Shown: piece after piece, positions 8,904-16,876 of the stretch
How positions within the stretch are numbered: the stretch's first letter is position 1
Layout: each line of letters starts with the position of its first letter
Translations under genes and position numbers: made by a program
The notes under the pieces: generated by a model
What the model saw: only the letters and a program-made list of their open reading frames with translations
What the model was told of the DNA's origin: nothing
Database searches by the model: none
From: a virus
Lineage: Duplodnaviria; Heunggongvirae; Uroviricota; Caudoviricetes
IMG/VR virus record: IMGVR_UViG_2657244943_000004
Length of the DNA: 19,187 bases
Direction: 5' to 3' (one strand)

Positions 8904-9989
8904 TTAGCTCCTGTTCTTATCTAATTGTGCATTTCGCAATTTATCGTTCAGCACCAATATTTCACCAACTGTTTGTTCAAAACGCCCGGACTCAAGTTCA
9001 ACCCCAATCGTGCGACGCCCCAATCCCATTGCTGCTTTTATTGTTGCCCCCGATCCCATAAAAAAATCCGCAACCACATCCCCCGGACGACTGCTGGCAG
9101 AAATTATCTGACGCAACATATCCGCCGGTTTTTCGCAGGGATGCTTACCCGGATAATACTGTACGGGCTTATGCGTCCAGACATCCGTATAAGGAACGGC
9201 GGCCGATACAGAAAAATAACGCCGCAGAGATTTGTATTCCTCAAGCAGACTGGCATATTGCCGGTTCAGTTCACTGTATGTGCTGACCAGCAGTTGGTGT
9301 GGCGTTGCCAGCTCCCCACGCTGGTGTTTTTCTTCTGCAACACGCGCGAACAGCGCCTGCAGTTTTCTGTAATCAGCTTCGTTCGGTAACTGCCACTGAC
9401 TGGTACCAAACCAGTGCGACACCATGTTTTTCTTTCCGGTGGCTTCCGCTATCTGTTTGGACGTTATTCCCAGTGATTCACGCGCATCACGAAAGTAAAA
9501 AATCAGCGGGGCCATGACGTGTTGTTTAAGCTCGCGCTCCTTTGCCGCATAGCCGGCATTTTTTGGCTGATATGGCCCCTGATAATGTTCGGCAAACAGA
9601 ATGCGCTCTGTTGCCGGGAAATACGCCCGCAGGCTTTCTTTGTTGCACCCGTTCCAGCGTCCGGACGGCTTCGCCCAGATAATGTGGTTCAGCACATTAA
9701 AGCGCTCACGCATCATGATTTCGATATCAGATGCCAGGCGATGACCACAAAACAGGTAAAGACTTCCGGCAGGCTTCAGTACCCGCCAGAACTGAGCCAG
9801 ACACTGGTCCAGCCATTTCAGGTAATCATCGTCTCCCTTCCACTGGTTATCCCAGCCCTCGGGCTTCACTTTAAAATATGGCGGGTCTGTGACTATAAGA
9901 TCGACAGAGTTTTCCGATAAGGTCTGGATAAATTCCAGGCAATCGGTGTTGATTAACTCACAACTGGATATTTTTACAGTATCAACCAT
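8904..9989 (-). CDS. DNA methyltransferase, beta-class amino-MTase (N6-adenine or N4-cytosine), probably orphan
   Basis: 361 aa; catalytic DPPY motif near the N-terminus (LIVTDPPYF) and AdoMet motif near the C-terminus (VVADFFMGSGAT), i.e. beta-class order; about 120-aa insert between them. Architecture resembles YhdJ-type MTases. No restriction endonuclease gene nearby. Confidence 0.88.
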   Translation of the reverse strand: MVDTVKISSCELINTDCLEFIQTLSENSVDLIVTDPPYFKVKPEGWDNQWKGDDDYLKWLDQCLAQFWRVLKPAGSLYLFCGHRLASDIEIMMRERFNVLNHIIWAKPSGRWNGCNKESLRAYFPATERILFAEHYQGPYQPKNAGYAAKERELKQHVMAPLIFYFRDARESLGITSKQIAEATGKKNMVSHWFGTSQWQLPNEADYRKLQALFARVAEEKHQRGELATPHQLLVSTYSELNRQYASLLEEYKSLRRYFSVSAAVPYTDVWTHKPVQYYPGKHPCEKPADMLRQIISASSRPGDVVADFFMGSGATIKAAMGLGRRTIGVELESGRFEQTVGEILVLNDKLRNAQLDKNRS

Positions 9990-10139
9990 AGATCAATAAG
10001 CACTTCTCTGATAGGCTCATACCGCTTTTGCGCAAAGCGGATGGGCCTGAGGTTTGCTTGTGACCCCGATTCATGAGCAGATGGCTGGCAGGTGCCGCTA
10101 ACACCCACCAGCCGCCCATTACCACAAAGTAAAAAGCCT

Positions 10140-10337
10140 TCACTGCGGAAGGCGTCTGTAACAACCGAACTGATAATCTGCCAGACCCGCCATAACAAGC
10201 TGGGTCAGTATTAACTGGCAGCGTTCGCGTGAAAGGTAAGTATTCTGCGCAATTTCCCCAACTGTTGCCGGTTCAGTGACGCTTAATTCATTAAACACCA
10301 CTCTGGCTGTTTCTGTCATATCCTGCTGTTTTAGCAT
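10140..10337 (-). CDS. Small putative winged-helix DNA-binding protein (65 aa)
   Basis: Product contains PATVGEIAQNTYLSRERCQLILTQLVMAGLA, which looks like an HTH/winged-helix. Purine-rich region before the ATG. Between the membrane protein and MTase genes, same strand. Confidence 0.45.
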   Translation of the reverse strand: MLKQQDMTETARVVFNELSVTEPATVGEIAQNTYLSRERCQLILTQLVMAGLADYQFGCYRRLPQ

Positions 10338-10510
10338 GTCTTTTTCTCTTTATTGGTTAACGTGACATACCAATAACTCTTGTCGAAGAAGCCAGCAAGC
10401 TGAAAGACCGGTATTAATAACCACCTGCACATTTTATGTACCGAACCATTTTTCTGGCATAAAAAACCTCTCAATGGCGGGCGGTAAAAATCTTTGTTAC
10501 TCAAGAAATT

Positions 10511-11224
10511 TTAACGCACTCTGACTGTATTAATTTCAAAATCATTAATATTTCCGCTATTAAATATAACGAATTTCTTACCCCCACTCCTGTATGATTT
10601 CGATAACACCAGACGATCATCATAACGCGCAATAATGTAATACCATACATTCTCATAGTGGATCGCCTGATATTCCCTCTTAAACTGTGGTTTGTACCAA
10701 CCGGCAATAAGAGAGAATGCCCAGAAATAAATCATAAACCCAGCCATCATGAACTCAATTCGGTGATGGCGAATAAAAGACATTTCCGAAAAACATTTGA
10801 CTGAAACAAGTCTTCTTCCAGACCTGACAAAAAGCGTGATTGTAAAGGCAGCAAGAATGCAGAAAATCAGTACATCTGGCTCAACATGCTGATGAATTAC
10901 CGAAAACTCCAGAACAGGTGGAATAAAAAGCAGCAATATCGCGAGAAAAAGCCGGATAAAACTCAAATTTTGTATATTGCGCTTTTGTTTTATGCCCAAA
11001 AAGAAAACAATACCAACTCCCCATCCAATAAGGAATATAACGATAACTGTCACAGCATAAAACAAACTTCGTGCAACATCATCGACACCAGCCCCGACAA
11101 CCCACCATGGAAAGCCATAGTAAAATGAAGTACCCCATCCATAGAAATAAGCGCTTCCCCATCCTAGACAGCCCATATAAGCAACAAAAAGTGAAGAGTT
11201 TCTGAGCAGAGCACTGTCATTCAT
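10511..11224 (-). CDS. Multi-pass membrane protein of unknown function (237 aa), AT-rich accessory gene
   Basis: Several hydrophobic segments rich in aromatic/Gly residues; C-terminal soluble tail of about 60 aa. Visibly more AT-rich than flanking phage genes. First gene after the tR'-like terminator. Confidence 0.6.
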   Translation of the reverse strand: MNDSALLRNSSLFVAYMGCLGWGSAYFYGWGTSFYYGFPWWVVGAGVDDVARSLFYAVTVIVIFLIGWGVGIVFFLGIKQKRNIQNLSFIRLFLAILLLFIPPVLEFSVIHQHVEPDVLIFCILAAFTITLFVRSGRRLVSVKCFSEMSFIRHHRIEFMMAGFMIYFWAFSLIAGWYKPQFKREYQAIHYENVWYYIIARYDDRLVLSKSYRSGGKKFVIFNSGNINDFEINTVRVR

Positions 11225-11366
11225 AGTAACACCATTAACAACTCAAAAATATCAACACATATTACATAACAAATTGGATTCCATGCAGTCAAGGGGCGTC
11301 ATTGATGGAGAAAGTATTGGCACAATCGTCATCACGTTTAATGTCTATGCCATTTTTTGGGGGGAT

Positions 11367-11392
11367 AAAAAACCCGCTCGGTCGCGGGTTTT
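11367..11392 (-). terminator. tR'-like intrinsic terminator downstream of Q
   Basis: Minus-strand RNA CCCGC-GACCGA-GCGGG followed by UUUUUU; about 90 nt downstream of the Q stop and about 45 nt downstream of the candidate promoter start. Confidence 0.6.
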
Positions 11393-11442
11393 ACTAGCTT
11401 TGCCATCACGTATAAAAACGGCAAAATATCAGATTTACACGA

Positions 11443-11471
11443 AATATATGCGTTTTAATCTACTTTTGCAA
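11443..11471 (-). promoter_or_regulatory. Candidate late promoter (pR'-like), minus strand
   Basis: Minus strand TTGCAA (11471..11466), 17-nt spacer, TATATT (11448..11443), overlapping the 3' end of Q; predicted start near 11436. Sequence inference only. Confidence 0.45.
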
Positions 11472-11478
11472 TACTTTG

Positions 11479-12144
11479 CTATGAAAATGCCGCCTTTTGT
11501 TTTGAACGTGTTCTCTCCACTAACAATAAAGCTTCACTATCCAGCCGATGAAAAATGTGTTTCATTGCAACCCAGTGACCAGTAAATGTCTTGGACCAGT
11601 TTTTGGTTGTTACTCCCACCAGTAACGCCAGTTCCTGGTATTCGTAACCTTCCCCACCAAAAAGCTCAGCTTTTACCGCCTGCGCCACCAACCAGATCAA
11701 CGTCTTCAGGCGCACCAGAGTTTTTCCTGCAATTTTTCTGGTACCGGATTGAGCATTAAATTCAGTCCACGCCCACTGCGTTATCGCGATCTGATGCTCC
11801 CAGCAAATGCTACCGCTGTAACACCACAGCAGCCAGGCTTTATGATGTTCTTCAAGAGACAGAACGGCGCGTCGCCATGATGATGTCGAAAACTCAACCG
11901 GACTGACCAGGGCAATTGATGAACCTTTCGCCAGCGATTGCTTTCCCGGGATCGGTGGATTATCCAGCGTTACTATTTTTCCAGTGACCTTATCGCGGTA
12001 CCGGATTTTTTTACGTCTGTAACGCCCTGTATTGAACATGGCATTCTCCTGCCAGGCTTCAAGCTGACCTTTTGTTGCTCCACTCAAATCAGCGGTGGCG
12101 ATCGTGAGCTGCTCACGCACAAACTGTAAATACTGGTTATTCAT
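11479..12144 (-). CDS. Putative late-gene antiterminator (Q-like), 221 aa
   Basis: Called mainly by synteny: directly downstream of rusA (ATG overlaps the rusA stop as ATGA) and directly upstream of the promoter/terminator pair and lysis genes. No Cys zinc-finger as in lambda Q. The family is not confirmed. Confidence 0.55.
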   Translation of the reverse strand: MNNQYLQFVREQLTIATADLSGATKGQLEAWQENAMFNTGRYRRKKIRYRDKVTGKIVTLDNPPIPGKQSLAKGSSIALVSPVEFSTSSWRRAVLSLEEHHKAWLLWCYSGSICWEHQIAITQWAWTEFNAQSGTRKIAGKTLVRLKTLIWLVAQAVKAELFGGEGYEYQELALLVGVTTKNWSKTFTGHWVAMKHIFHRLDSEALLLVERTRSKQKAAFS

Positions 12145-12500
12145 GCGCACTCCAGTTCTGTGATTTTTATCCCCAGCCGACCACCGGGAACAACCTGACC
12201 GCGCATAATATTAACTTCATCAAACTGCTCGTCGTCGATAAGCAGTCCCGCATGTGTCAGTGCATCCAGTGGTGCTTTCAGAATATTGTCCAGGTCACGA
12301 CGGCGCTTATCCGGTGGCTCTGCAATAATTTTTATTGCCAGCCTTCCGGACAGATTTAATTTCAGCCGCTGCTGGCGAACAATAAGCGCCACATCCCGGC
12401 GATAACGCTCCCCTGCTTTTGATACAAAATATGTGCTGCCACGACGACGCCAGTAGGTATTTACCGTCGGCGGGTAAGGCAAAACAAATTCTATCCCCAT
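12141..12500 (-). CDS. rusA: Holliday-junction resolvase RusA
   Basis: 119 aa from the ATG at 12500; RRDLDN motif (PPDKRRRDLDNILKAPLDALTHAGLLIDD) and overall resemblance to E. coli RusA. Typical nin-region position. Confidence 0.9.
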   Translation of the reverse strand: MGIEFVLPYPPTVNTYWRRRGSTYFVSKAGERYRRDVALIVRQQRLKLNLSGRLAIKIIAEPPDKRRRDLDNILKAPLDALTHAGLLIDDEQFDEVNIMRGQVVPGGRLGIKITELECA

Positions 12501-12512
12501 CAATAACCTCTT

Positions 12513-13490
12513 TTATCCGAGCACGCCGGTTGCAAAGGCGTGATCAAGAAAACGAAAAATTAAATCAACCTGAGAACCATGCTTTTCTTCGAACGCCAAC
12601 GGATCTGCATGAAGCTCGTTATGATGTTTACGACACAACGGTAACGTGAAAATATCGTGGGCCTTTGTTCCCATTCCGCCCTGACCATGACCTATCAGGT
12701 GATGGGGATCGTCAGCTGGCTTACCACAGCACGCACACGACTGTGTCTTTACCCAGCGTGTGTATTTCTCATTTACCCAACGGCGACGTTTAGGTCGCTT
12801 CATGAAAGATTCCGGGGACTCAGGATCAACGGCGATGCTTACCACCGCCTTTTCCTGTGGTGAGTTTTGTTGCTGGTGGACGTGAGGCGGTAGCGCAATA
12901 TTTTTTGTGCGCTGCTTCAGTATGCTGGTGGCTGTCTGTTCTCCCGGTACGATGTCGCTCTCGCGATACACAGAGAGGATTTTTTCCACCGGTAATCCCA
13001 ACGAACGACGTGATACTGCCTCAGGTAGAGCATCCACCACCTGATTGCAAACCGCCCACCAGGATAATTCAGCCAGCGATAATTCCCGCTCCTGCGTGCC
13101 ATTCATTGCGTGACGTATAACCTCAAGCATCCAGGCTGTCAGATTTTGTTGAGCAAGTTGCTCGAGTGATTCCGATGTCTGGTCGCGCAGCTGGTTGTCG
13201 CAGTGCCAGCACAATACCATCGCGCCGGTACCGTAACGGTGAATAACGGTTTCACTATGGTGGTAATCACCATGAGGCCACTGGCAGGATTTGACATGGC
13301 GCAGTAACCAGTCAGACAGTGCACCAGCGCCGCCAGCAGCACGAATCACTCGTTTGTTACTGAAAAACGGCAGTAATGATTTATCCTCCGCCAGCGGCTG
13401 GCGAACGGTAGGGACGACTCCGGACGGCAGACCGCGCATGCTTTTTGGTTCCGGCTCCACCAGTACTCTGTCGTTATGGAATACCGACAT
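12513..13490 (-). CDS. DUF968-family prophage protein with HNH-like Cys/His motif
   Basis: C-terminal CACCGKPADDPHHLIGHGQGGMGTKAHD...LCRKHHNELH resembles the DUF968/YdfU-type nin-region protein. ORF track start 13562 is a GTG; the ATG at 13490 is an alternative, so the N-terminus is uncertain. Confidence 0.7.
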   Translation of the reverse strand: MSVFHNDRVLVEPEPKSMRGLPSGVVPTVRQPLAEDKSLLPFFSNKRVIRAAGGAGALSDWLLRHVKSCQWPHGDYHHSETVIHRYGTGAMVLCWHCDNQLRDQTSESLEQLAQQNLTAWMLEVIRHAMNGTQERELSLAELSWWAVCNQVVDALPEAVSRRSLGLPVEKILSVYRESDIVPGEQTATSILKQRTKNIALPPHVHQQQNSPQEKAVVSIAVDPESPESFMKRPKRRRWVNEKYTRWVKTQSCACCGKPADDPHHLIGHGQGGMGTKAHDIFTLPLCRKHHNELHADPLAFEEKHGSQVDLIFRFLDHAFATGVLG

Positions 13491-13563
13491 TGATTCACGG
13501 CCTGGCTTAACGATAACCACCCCGAGTTCCGGTACCGGTACAGGTCGAAGTAATACCCGCACG

Positions 13564-13842
13564 TTACCTCCAGATCCGTTGCTGGAATGTGCGGGACTGA
13601 CGCGGTGGGCGTTCGGAATAAGGAAGCCTGACGTAGATTATCCAGTGACGATAATCGGGGCTGAGGGCTTTCTTAATCTCGTATCCGCGTCTGCGGTAGC
13701 AATGAATTAACCATTCAGCCTGTTCTTCAGTGCATGGAGAATGCTGGAACCAGTCCGATTTGAATGCGTGAAAACGCCGTCCGCACCTGCTGGCAAAGAC
13801 GGCAGAATCATCAGAATTGTGTAATTTGGTATCGTGCGCCAT
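13564..13842 (-). CDS. Hypothetical nin-region protein (about 92 aa from the ATG at 13842)
   Basis: Basic, Trp/Arg-rich product (MAHDTKLHNSDDSAVFASRCGRRFHAF...). The upstream part of the ORF-track ORF (to 13974) is AT-rich and probably not coding. No family recognised. Confidence 0.4.
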   Translation of the reverse strand: MAHDTKLHNSDDSAVFASRCGRRFHAFKSDWFQHSPCTEEQAEWLIHCYRRRGYEIKKALSPDYRHWIIYVRLPYSERPPRQSRTFQQRIWR

Positions 13843-14108
13843 CGGTTGTCTCTGCTGGCGCAGCAGGTGCCAGTTGTTCAGGCTGGCGTATAAAGTATAA
13901 ATAAACTGGTTCCAGTGTAAAGCCCCTACATTAATGAAATAAAAATCAAACAACAGATTGCTGGGATAAAACACAACGCTTATTATTAAAAGCGATTAGA
14001 TAAATTAAATTTTAATGTTATGCAAATTTGCCAGATCACCATAATATCTCGTTTGAAACCACCGAAATAACAACCATATCAATATTGATTATGTTAAAGC
14101 GAGTAAAT

Positions 14109-14195
14109 ATGGAAAACAACAAATCTGCACATTACGCTCCTTTTTTATCTGTGATACTTTTTGTTTTATGCTGTGTGTGGGCATTATTTTTATAA
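14109..14195 (+). CDS. Candidate small hydrophobic peptide (28 aa)
   Basis: MENNKSAHYAPFLSVILFVLCCVWALFL: polar N-terminus plus one predicted TM helix; weak SD. In AT-rich intergenic DNA, convergent with hok. Could be chance. Confidence 0.25.
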   Translation: MENNKSAHYAPFLSVILFVLCCVWALFL

Positions 14196-14226
14196 AAATA
14201 TTTACAGATAAAATAAACCCGCCGAA

Positions 14227-14457
14227 TCAAGTTAAGTGTGGGTGCATTGAGGATGCCTGACTCATCAGAGGTGGCGAGGGATTTCTCCCTCGCCTGGTCT
14301 CTAACTCCTCAGGTTCGTAAGCTGTGAAGACAGCGACCTCCGTTTGGCTGGTTCGGATTCGTACCTCACAGAGATCTTTCCTCGTTACCAGTGCCGTCAC
14401 AATGACAGTTAAACAGATGACAATCAGGGCGATTAACATCGCCTTATGCTGCTTCAT
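14227..14457 (-). CDS. hok: Hok/Gef-family type I toxin gene with C-terminal read-through extension (or pseudogene)
   Basis: From the ATG at 14457: MKQHKAMLIALIVICLTVIVTALVTRKDLCEVRIRTSQTEVAVFTAYEPEE, a near match to chromosomal Hok/Gef toxins (about 50 aa). The codon at 14302-14304, where the stop is expected, is TTA, so the frame continues 26 codons to TGA at 14227-14229. Which hok paralogue this is remains uncertain. Confidence 0.85.
   Translation of the reverse strand: MKQHKAMLIALIVICLTVIVTALVTRKDLCEVRIRTSQTEVAVFTAYEPEELETRRGRNPSPPLMSQASSMHPHLT
14273..14294 (-). other. Perfect 9-bp hairpin in the hok 3' region
   Basis: ggcgaggga-tttc-tccctcgcc; position corresponds to the 3' stem-loop of hok-family mRNAs. 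It lies inside the extended reading frame. Confidence 0.6.
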
Positions 14458-15084
14458 AGCCTGCTTCTCCTTGCCTTTCGGCACGTAAGAGGCTAACCTA
14501 CGTGTGCAAGTCATAGATATGGCCTCAGATTAATGTTAGGCGTCTTGCAGGACGCGTAATGTTAACTGGGGCTTTTCTCTATCTGCCGTTGGTATTCATG
14601 CCTGAGACAGATAGCCTCAAGCACCCGCAGCAATCCTACTTAACTCCCGTCACCTCGCCAATATAAAATCAATCAGAAAGGCGATCCATAAGAACAACAG
14701 CAAGACAATAAATTGCCATTACAGCCGCAATAGCGAGCGCACATTTGAGAACCAGCACGACAACCTCCTGTATTGGACGTACACCAGTCCTGATAAATAT
14801 GAGGCTGTCTCATCATTGATTCAATAAAACTATTGGGAATAGTTTCTGTGATTTTGTTCTGTAGAAATGGAACACAACAACCAGTCACCACCAGCACTTC
14901 TTTAAAAACGCCAAGTCCGACGCAAGCTAACCTTCTAGTCCGCTTTGAACGATGAGCGGAAATTGACATATCTGTTAAAGTGAATGGTTCGTTTTGCAGG
15001 GATACTTACACTGCCCCCTGTCAAAATGATATACCGAAGAATAAGAGTTCTTCTTCAAGAACAACAAAAAGAGATCATTCCAGC

Positions 15085-15318
15085 ATGCTGGAAACGCAGC
15101 GTGTAATGATGACGGATAAGACTCTGGCGCATTCCATGACAGCGGCAAAGGCCATAGCAGCCAATCAGATAGCTAGAATAGCCGCGAGGAAGGAAAGCCA
15201 CCAGCAAAATGAAGCCATCGAGCGCTTGCGCGTAAATACGCGAATCTTAAACGGCGCAGAGATGCAGATTTACCCGCAACTGGCGACTTCAGCAATGAAC
15301 CGCATACAGACCGAGTAA
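15085..15318 (+). CDS. Hypothetical small protein (about 77 aa), predicted helical
   Basis: ORF track 14980..15318; the in-frame ATG at 15085 has a weak SD. Ala/Gln-rich helical-looking product (TAAKAIAANQIARIAARKESHQQNEAIERLRVN). Plus strand, 165 nt upstream of the kinase gene. Confidence 0.4.
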   Translation: MLETQRVMMTDKTLAHSMTAAKAIAANQIARIAARKESHQQNEAIERLRVNTRILNGAEMQIYPQLATSAMNRIQTE

Positions 15319-15482
15319 GTGATGCGCTGGATGCCGTATTGAAAAGACAGCCAGAAAAGCGGTATTGGGTTCCAGAGGGTTTTAGAGGTTAAAGCGCTCA
15401 CAAATCTAGCTAATTTGTAACCATCTTTAAACGTTTATGATATTGTTAAATAAAACTAAAACTACCACGGCATGATTTACCG

Positions 15483-16181
15483 ATGAAAAAAGAACTTGAA
15501 ACCATACTGCCTGAGTTTGGTGAGGCAATTCGCCCTTACGTTTATAGTTACGTAACAGCAAACAAAAATGCCAATGCCAAGCACGTCCTGTTTATGGCTG
15601 GTTCGCCTGCTGCAGGTAAAACCGAGCTCTTAAATCGTCTTTTAGAACAACATGGCATCACAAACATTGTTCGAATTGATGCTGATGATTTTCGCTGGTG
15701 GTTCCCCTACTACAATGAAGAGAACTCTGTGGACTATCAGAGACCTGCCTCCAGAATGGTCGATTTTATCTACAAAAAAGCGCTATCTGAAGGCTATCCC
15801 ATTGTTATGGACTCTACTTTCTCCAGTATAGGTATTGCGGAGAGAAACTTTGATCTGGCCCTGAAGGCTGGTTATCAGGTAGCACTGAATTACGTCTATT
15901 TTGATCCGGCTTACGCGTGGGTTTTTGCCCAAGCCCGCTCTCGTAAGGTTCCGTTAGAGGTTCTTAAAGCGAACTTTTTCAAGAGCAGAGAGACCATTGA
16001 ACATATGCTCGCGAAATATGCAGGCCTATTTACACTCAATGTTTATCATCGACGGGAAGATCCTGAAAATGATGGTCAGTTCGTGGTCGACTATACTCCT
16101 AACGTGACCCTTGAAAACTGGACTACCTCCCATAGCTGCCCATATTCAGACGTTAGCGATCTAGCGCATTTAGGTGTATAA
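15483..16181 (+). CDS. Zeta-toxin-like P-loop kinase (AAA-like NTP-binding domain)
   Basis: Walker A GSPAAGKTE at residues 40-48, followed by VRIDADDFRWWFP, resembling the catalytic Asp region of zeta/PezT-type kinases; 232 aa. Family assignment from motifs only. Confidence 0.7.
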   Translation: MKKELETILPEFGEAIRPYVYSYVTANKNANAKHVLFMAGSPAAGKTELLNRLLEQHGITNIVRIDADDFRWWFPYYNEENSVDYQRPASRMVDFIYKKALSEGYPIVMDSTFSSIGIAERNFDLALKAGYQVALNYVYFDPAYAWVFAQARSRKVPLEVLKANFFKSRETIEHMLAKYAGLFTLNVYHRREDPENDGQFVVDYTPNVTLENWTTSHSCPYSDVSDLAHLGV

Positions 16182-16200
16182 TAAGTGTCCTATCTAAGGA

Positions 16201-16833
16201 GTGTATATGTCTGTTAAAACTGAAGCCATTAAACCAGTTGCTGAAATTTCGTTGTTCGATGCATTCGGACCTAACGTGAGCGAGCGGGTACAAGCCATCA
16301 ACCGGAAGGCCGCTGAGCTTTCTATGGCTGATATGGCTCAGGTAATGGACGTGACATTATCGTCTAGGAAGAAACTGGAAGTAACTGCTGAGAGCAAATA
16401 TATTCTCGATTTTCCTCAATGGCTAGAAGTCAATGCACGGAAACCTGGAGTTTCTTTTGACATGAAAGCATACACTTCTGTTGAAGTTAAAAAGATGCAT
16501 GTTCCTGACTTTCGCCAGTTCCTTCCTGTAGGTGCAAATATGTTGCATACCTATTCACCAATCGGTAAAACGGGCCTGCAAGGAATTCATGATTATTTAA
16601 TCGGTGCTGTTTCATCTAAACTTCATCACTTGCAAGGTGTCGGAGTTGATGAGGGCACGTTTAAAATACTTATCCGCTATGAAGATGCTAAAACGGGTGC
16701 TCCCCGCAATGATATAGTTGAAGCTGAGTCGACAATTAGCCCAAGTTCTTTCACTAGGCTCAAGCCCCGTGTGAAAAAACTTCGCAGAAAAGGTCATGAA
16801 ATGGCGATGCATGCACTAATTGCCAAAAAATAG
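16201..16833 (+). CDS. Hypothetical protein (210 aa), translationally coupled partner of the zeta-like kinase
   Basis: Starts 20 nt after the kinase stop with a strong SD (AAGGAG); followed by a terminator. No motif recognised; basic C-terminal tail (KPRVKKLRRKGH). Confidence 0.6.
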   Translation: MYMSVKTEAIKPVAEISLFDAFGPNVSERVQAINRKAAELSMADMAQVMDVTLSSRKKLEVTAESKYILDFPQWLEVNARKPGVSFDMKAYTSVEVKKMHVPDFRQFLPVGANMLHTYSPIGKTGLQGIHDYLIGAVSSKLHHLQGVGVDEGTFKILIRYEDAKTGAPRNDIVEAESTISPSSFTRLKPRVKKLRRKGHEMAMHALIAKK

Positions 16834-16846
16834 TAAGCCCTTAACA

Positions 16847-16876
16847 AAACCTCACTCGATTGTGAGGTTTTTGCTT
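16847..16876 (+). terminator. Rho-independent terminator ending the kinase operon
   Basis: Perfect 9-bp stem aaacctcac / gtgaggttt with 6-nt loop, followed by a T-rich tract (ttgctttct). Confidence 0.65.

Noticed and set aside
8925-9920. Plus-strand ORFs (154 aa and 133 aa) within the methyltransferase gene
   Set aside because: Antisense to a gene with clear catalytic motifs; no independent support.
12857-13710. Plus-strand and alternative-frame ORFs within the DUF968 gene region
   Set aside because: Overlap a gene supported by a conserved Cys/His motif; typical shadow ORFs.
14673-14969. 98-aa Cys-rich minus-strand ORF upstream of hok
   Set aside because: Low-complexity Cys/Gly-rich product with no start context; the region more likely holds the hok leader and regulatory RNA structure. 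I also looked for relE/relB-like ORFs here and found none.
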